A stretch of DNA of 57,298 nucleotides, filler included, from Diploschistes diacapsis (Eukaryota), in assembly GCA_023645945.1 (NCBI GenBank). It is 4 parts of 4 records of this genome, joined end to end, with 100 filler letters (N's around TTAATTAATTAA, not from the genome) between each part and the next. Parts side by side here need not be neighbours in the genome. Positions count along the whole stretch, not along the records: positions 25,671 to 57,298 come from JALAIB010000115.1; 3 more parts are not named here. One strand, given 5' to 3'. Position numbers and translations under genes: made by a program. Numbering within the stretch: position 1 is the stretch's first letter; each line of letters begins with the position of its first letter. Positions 52,163 through 57,298 of this stretch are shown in pieces. The notes under the pieces are model-generated. The model was not told where the DNA came from. It saw only the letters and a program-made list of their open reading frames with translations, and did no database searches.

Positions 52163-52630
52163 GGCTTCTCAGCGTTCTTTGCAGAGTCCTCGTGGCTTCC
52201 TTTAATTGGGCATACTCCTTGGTCATTGGTGGTTCCAAGTCAAGCTCAGCGATATAACTAGAGGGATGGGGTGGCAGACATTTCTTTGAGGCGATGAGGG
52301 CTGGCTGGCTTTATTGTAGATGAAGCATTTATACGGTCGTTGGTCAAACCCTCCTTTGTGGGAGCTCCGCCAATGTTTTCCATTAACCCAGGCACATAGA
52401 TGTGTCCTTGGGCTCAAGCGTGAGAAAAGAATAGCGTTCGTTCGTTCGTTCGGGGGTTGTCGACGCTGGTTTCGTGCAGCAGCAGCAGCGTACGGGCAGC
52501 GCAGCAAGAAATAAAGAGAGGATATCCCAGGTTAAAATGGACTGTGCCACTGCAGCTGATACAGGAGGTGGTAATTTAGAGGCATCCCTCTTTGCGTACT
52601 CGTAGTACTAAGCGGAGACCACAACTGGTA

Positions 52631-52967
52631 CTGCCCCCCCCATGTTTTAACCGATTAATGTACGATTAACCAACGATTAAACCGGACCGACTAATTACAG
52701 AATTTGTATAACAATTTTTACGCAAAAATTCCAAAAATTTCTCGATAAAAAGAAGAAGCCCCTTTCCCCTTCTCCCCATCCTGAAGGGTTTTTTTTTCTT
52801 TCGTTATTTACTGGATTTTTCGATAATTTATTTATTCGATGACCGGTGTCAATAATCGACGAATCGATTACCGAATGAGGATTAATGGGCTAATCGGTTT
52901 TTTTTTTAAAAATGGGCCGTTAAGTCGGTCGAATCGGTTAATCCCCGTCCAAACATGGGGGGGGGGG
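52631..52967. mobile_element. MITE (non-autonomous Tc1/mariner-type, TA target duplication)
   Basis: TA|CTGCCCCCCCCATGTTT ... AAACATGGGGGGGGGGG|TA: a 17-bp TIR with 2 mismatches. AT-rich interior, inverted subterminal CGATTA motifs, no transposase. Confidence 0.75.
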
Positions 52968-53728
52968 TACTCCTATCAGATCTTCGAAAGTGTTTCACGG
53001 CAGCCGTTTAGCTCATATCTAGTTCCCCATAGTAATTTGTATGCATTTAATTACATATACGAGCCCACAGCTAACACCAACTTGTCGCAAGAAAGGTTAT
53101 CTGGGATATTGATGATCTAGATAGCCTGAAAAGCGACGCTGAAAAAGAGCTCTGAAAAAGGAAGCTCTGATTGTATGGAGAGAGATGTCCGAAATTAGGA
53201 ATATAAATACCCGCTCATACAACTTTGTAATGGGATCTGTCTAACTTAAAGTGTACGCAGAACAATTCTCAGCCCTATAGATTTTGTATGGATCAACCCT
53301 TTCTTTCCGCGACAACGTTTTTTTACTCTGGATCTAACGGCGTCATGACTTTCCATCAACCCAAACCGACATTCCTCAGTTCTCGAGTCTTGACGTAGAG
53401 GACATATATTGCGGATGCAGACTCCTCCCGTACAAGCCAATCAAAACTTGCTTAACTCTCTTACTGATGGCAACATGCAGCTTTTCAAAGGTTCTCCAGC
53501 CTGCCGGCCTCCTCTTGCTCTGCCAGAAGAAAGGCAGAGCACCCCCCCTCCCCGCCCCCAGATGACCTCAGAGCGTGTGCGGCGACAGCAGCTTTAGTGG
53601 TTTAGTATATGATGGGAACCCTCCTCCGTCTAATCGAGGGGCCACTGCGTTGTTCTACTACGAGAACTACCCTCTACACAAGCAGGAAAGTCGCATTCAA
53701 TAATCGTTCAACTCGTTACGCGAGCACC

Positions 53729-54829
53729 ATGTCCGGCATTGTAAACACCGTCAAGTCCACTGTCGCGGAGAACCTGGGCGTTTCTGGCAGCCACAAAGCC
53801 GTCGACAAGGAATACCAGTTCTCCATCGACGAGGTACCGGACCAGAGCGGCAAGGTTGCCGTCGTCACGGGAGGCTCCGAAGGAATTGGATATGGCTGCA
53901 CATATACCCTCCTGAAGCGCAACATCCAGCATGTCTTCATCCTGTCTCTTTCCCAGGAGGTCGTCGACGGCGCTCTGGACGCCGTCCGTGAGGAGATGGG
54001 CGAGGAAGTAACGAAGAGGGTGACTTGGATTCACTGTGACATGTCCAACTGGCATCAGGTCAAGCAAGTGGCAGATCGCATCTCGAAGGCTACTTCACGC
54101 ATCGACATCCTCATCAACAACGCCGGCCGTGGCATCATGACCTACCAGCTGACAGACTACGGCGTGGACAGACACATGTGTATGCATCGAAATTCTGGCA
54201 GCCCTTGTCACTGCAGCTAACCTTCGCCAGCGGTGAACCACTTCGGGCATGTCATACTTACCTCTCATCTCCTGCCTATCATCAAGAAGACTGCTTCGGA
54301 GTCGAGCAACACGGTGAGGATCGTCAATTTGGCCTCCAATGCCCACCAAAACGCGCCCAAAGAGGTCAAGTTTGCCGACATCTCCGAGCTGAACACCGAC
54401 TACGGCCCGATGGCCCAATACGGCCGCTCGAAGCTCGCTGGAATCCTCTATGCCAAATATCTGAACCGCCACCTCACGTCGTCGCACTCCAACATCCTCG
54501 CCAATGCCACGCATCCAGGAGTGGTCGAAACGACCATGTCGCAGCATGACATCCATGAGCCCTACCCCCTAGGTGGCTACTCCATGAGCGTGGGCATGAA
54601 GCCCATCAAGAAGGATCAGTTCCAGGGTGCAGTGAGCACGCTTTTTGCGGCGACGAAGACGGAGAAGAGCGGCCAATACATCTGCCCGCCCGCCGTTCCG
54701 GAACCGGGCACGGAGCAGGCCCAAGATCTCGAGCTGGCGGAGCAGCTGATGAAGCTGACGAGGGACGTCATCAAGGAGAAGACGTACGACGAGAGCGCTG
54801 CCAAGGGATGCCCGTTCAAGGACTATTAG
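53729..54829 (+). CDS. Short-chain dehydrogenase/reductase (retinol dehydrogenase/WWOX-like)
   Basis: VTGGSEGIG, DILINNAG, VNHFGH, RIVNLAS, YGRSK catalytic motif, HPG. Intron 54180-54230. An in-frame upstream ATG exists at 53609. Confidence 0.9.
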
Positions 54830-55236
54830 AGAGGGGGAAGAGGTCATGATATGGAGCGAGGGAAACGGCGGTCATATACTGCAGGCCGCTTATAGAGCTT
54901 GAATAGTCTGGCTAGATGAAATGGAGTTCTGTTCTTGCAGTCAAGTACCACAGTTGCTGATACGGTGCGTCGTGTTCGTGTTCGAGTCAGCAGCTTAGTC
55001 ATGCTTATCGGATCTTATCGGATCTTATCGGGATGACAAGTTCTCGGCCAAGAAATCTTCGATGATGACCGCCAGCGTCATTGGCGGGGGCGGGGCGGAC
55101 GGTAACGAAAAAGTTTCTGAATGCGATCTCAAACAAATACATACATAGTATTCGTGATTCTTAATACCTCTGGGAGTTCAATACCTCCGCTCACACCTTT
55201 GGAAAAATACATCACTGAACTCTGAGAACCACTATC

Positions 55237-56741
55237 ATGTCTTCAGCTCTGGATCACCTGAAGGCCGCGGGCACGGTAAGTCTCCCTCCTCAGAGACCCG
55301 CGTTGCTTTTGGTTTGGCCGTCAACAAGATACTGGCCGCAGATTGAAACTTTTTTCTGTTTGTAAAATGCCTACTGATCATTTTATATGAGCATATAAGA
55401 CCGTGGTTTGCGATTCTGGTAAGCCTCTCTCTAATCGCGCAACTGAAGGAAGAGCACACCGTTAACGCAACATAGGTGACTTTGCAAGTACGTCCACTCC
55501 GCTAGACAAACTCTTTCGCTTTGCCATGAAATCACCGAGGGCCTCATGGAGCTTTGGAAGATACTGCGAGAATCAGCAACCTAACTTAACTAGCTATCGA
55601 CAAGTATAAGCCACAAGATGCGACGACCAACCCCTCGCTCATCCTTGCTGCCTCAAAGAAGGAAGAGTACGCCAAGCTGATGAATGTGGCAATCGAATAC
55701 GGCAAAGAGCATGTATGTCAACCAATTAGGCGATAAGAGCATACAATTTTGATGTGCGGGATAGGGCAAAGATCTTGATCAAAAAGTCGATGCTGCGCTG
55801 GACCGTCTGCTGGTCGAGTTCGGCCATGAGATCCTGAAGATTATTCCCGGAAAGGTCTCGACGGAAGTCGACGCTCGCTTCTCCTTCGATACAAAGGCTT
55901 CAGTTGACAAAGCGCTGCACATTATCGACGTAAGCCCCAACCCCAGAGCCCTTTACCTTTTTTTGGGTGTAAATCTAATGACCATCACCAACAGCTCTAC
56001 AAGTCCGTTGGCGTTTCTAAGGACCGCATACTCATCAAAATCGCTTCTACATGGGAGGGCATCAAAGCCGCGCAGATACTCCAATCACAGTATCAAATCA
56101 ACTGCAACTTAACTCTCATGTTCTCCCTTCCGCAAGCCATCGCTGGCGCGGAGGCCGGTGCCTACCTCATCTCTCCCTTTGTCGGCCGCATTATGGATTG
56201 GTACAAGGCGCATGAAAAGAAGGATGGCTACCCGTCGCACGAGGACCCAGGCGTGAAGAGCGTGCAGAGGATCTTTAATTACTACAAGAAGTACGGGTAC
56301 GAGACCATTGTCATGGGTGCCAGTTTTAGGAATGTCGGAGAGATTACCGAGCTGGCAGGGTGCGACTACTTGACTATTGCGGTTAGTGGAGTCCTGCTGC
56401 CCAATACCATATCCGTTCGAGCCAGCCCGCTTTATTCCCACAACGGCCTTCCCCTACGTTCTTGTCATCAAGCACTGAACTTGGCTAACGCTACTCCACA
56501 GCCGAATCTGCTAGAAGATCTCTACAACTCCAAAGACGAGGTTCCTAAGAAGTTGGATGCTAGCGATGCGAGTAACCTTGACATCAAGAAGGCCTCCTAC
56601 ATTGACAACGAGCCGCTATTCCGCTTCGACTTCAACGAGGACCCCATGGCCGTCGACAAGCTGCGCGAGGGCATCAGCAAGTTTGCGGCCGACGCGATCA
56701 CGTTGAAGGGGATTCTGAGGGAGAAGATGGAGAAGTCCTAG
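55237..56741 (+). CDS. TAL1: Transaldolase
   Basis: Seven exons with introns 55276-55399, 55419-55475, 55488-55593, 55713-55764, 55930-55994, 56382-56501. Motifs [44 protein letters not shown]. Confidence 0.95.
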
Positions 56742-57298
56742 ACTTATGGTCATTGGCACAGAAGCAGAGGCCTGGGGAATGGGATCGAGACGCTCCGTTA
56801 TGACCGGGCGTTGTTGGGAGAAGCGGGAGAAACAACAACTCGATAAGAAGCGGGAAAGAAGTTATCTGTTGCCCCCTCGTCCCCCCTTCTTACCTGTTTG
56901 ATCCGAAGCTTGTGCGTTGTAAAACCTAGATTGATTGCCTGGCGACGGATTGCAACAATGCGAATACTACTTCTGCCCCCGTAAGTTGTTCGTAGAGCAC
57001 TCTGCACCTTTATTGTAGCGTAGATCTCCGAGCTTGCTCCATCTCGAAGGAAGGACGTGTGGGGAGCACCCCGTACCCTATAACAGCGTTTGATCCTCGT
57101 GGAAGGGGGGGTTTTTTTTTTTGGGAAGATGACAAAATCACAGCATTAGGGGCGGGCACACACAACAAAGTTATAGCTATGCTTCATTTTTTTGGTATGT
57201 ATTTTTTTATGCTCGCTTTGTCACATTTTTTTTCATCCTTTTTTTGGTGTTTCTGGCCCCCCTTTATCCACTGACTAGTGCAGCATGCACCCCCCCAT

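Noticed and set aside
57290..57298. CCCCCCCAT at the window end resembling the MITE TIR
   Set aside because: Too short, lacks the TA flank, and the other fungal contigs also end in C/G runs.

Overview
Eukaryotic window made of four unrelated contigs (1-8463, 8564-17020, 17121-25570, 25671-57298) joined by artificial 100-nt N/TTAATTAATTAA/N spacers. Contigs 1, 2 and 4 are filamentous ascomycete DNA with short spliceosomal introns. They hold a disrupted aspartic protease next to an AT-rich RIP-like tract, tRNA-iMet, TIM54, a lysine methyltransferase, KXD1, a TBC Rab-GAP, ROM2, VMA11, a PKA catalytic subunit, a HAL/PTK kinase, a metallophosphatase, a BEACH protein, a TA-flanked MITE, an SDR and transaldolase. 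Contig 3 is not fungal. It is one complete 8,309-bp green-algal, Trebouxia-type nuclear rDNA unit on the minus strand, which points to a lichen metagenome. Its LSU carries two group I introns, at L798 and at the Tetrahymena/Physarum site L1925. The most notable items are the L1925 ribozyme, the protease broken by repeated single-base losses at C-runs, and the MITE. I found no well-supported new multi-gene system. Gene names come from recognised motifs, not database searches.
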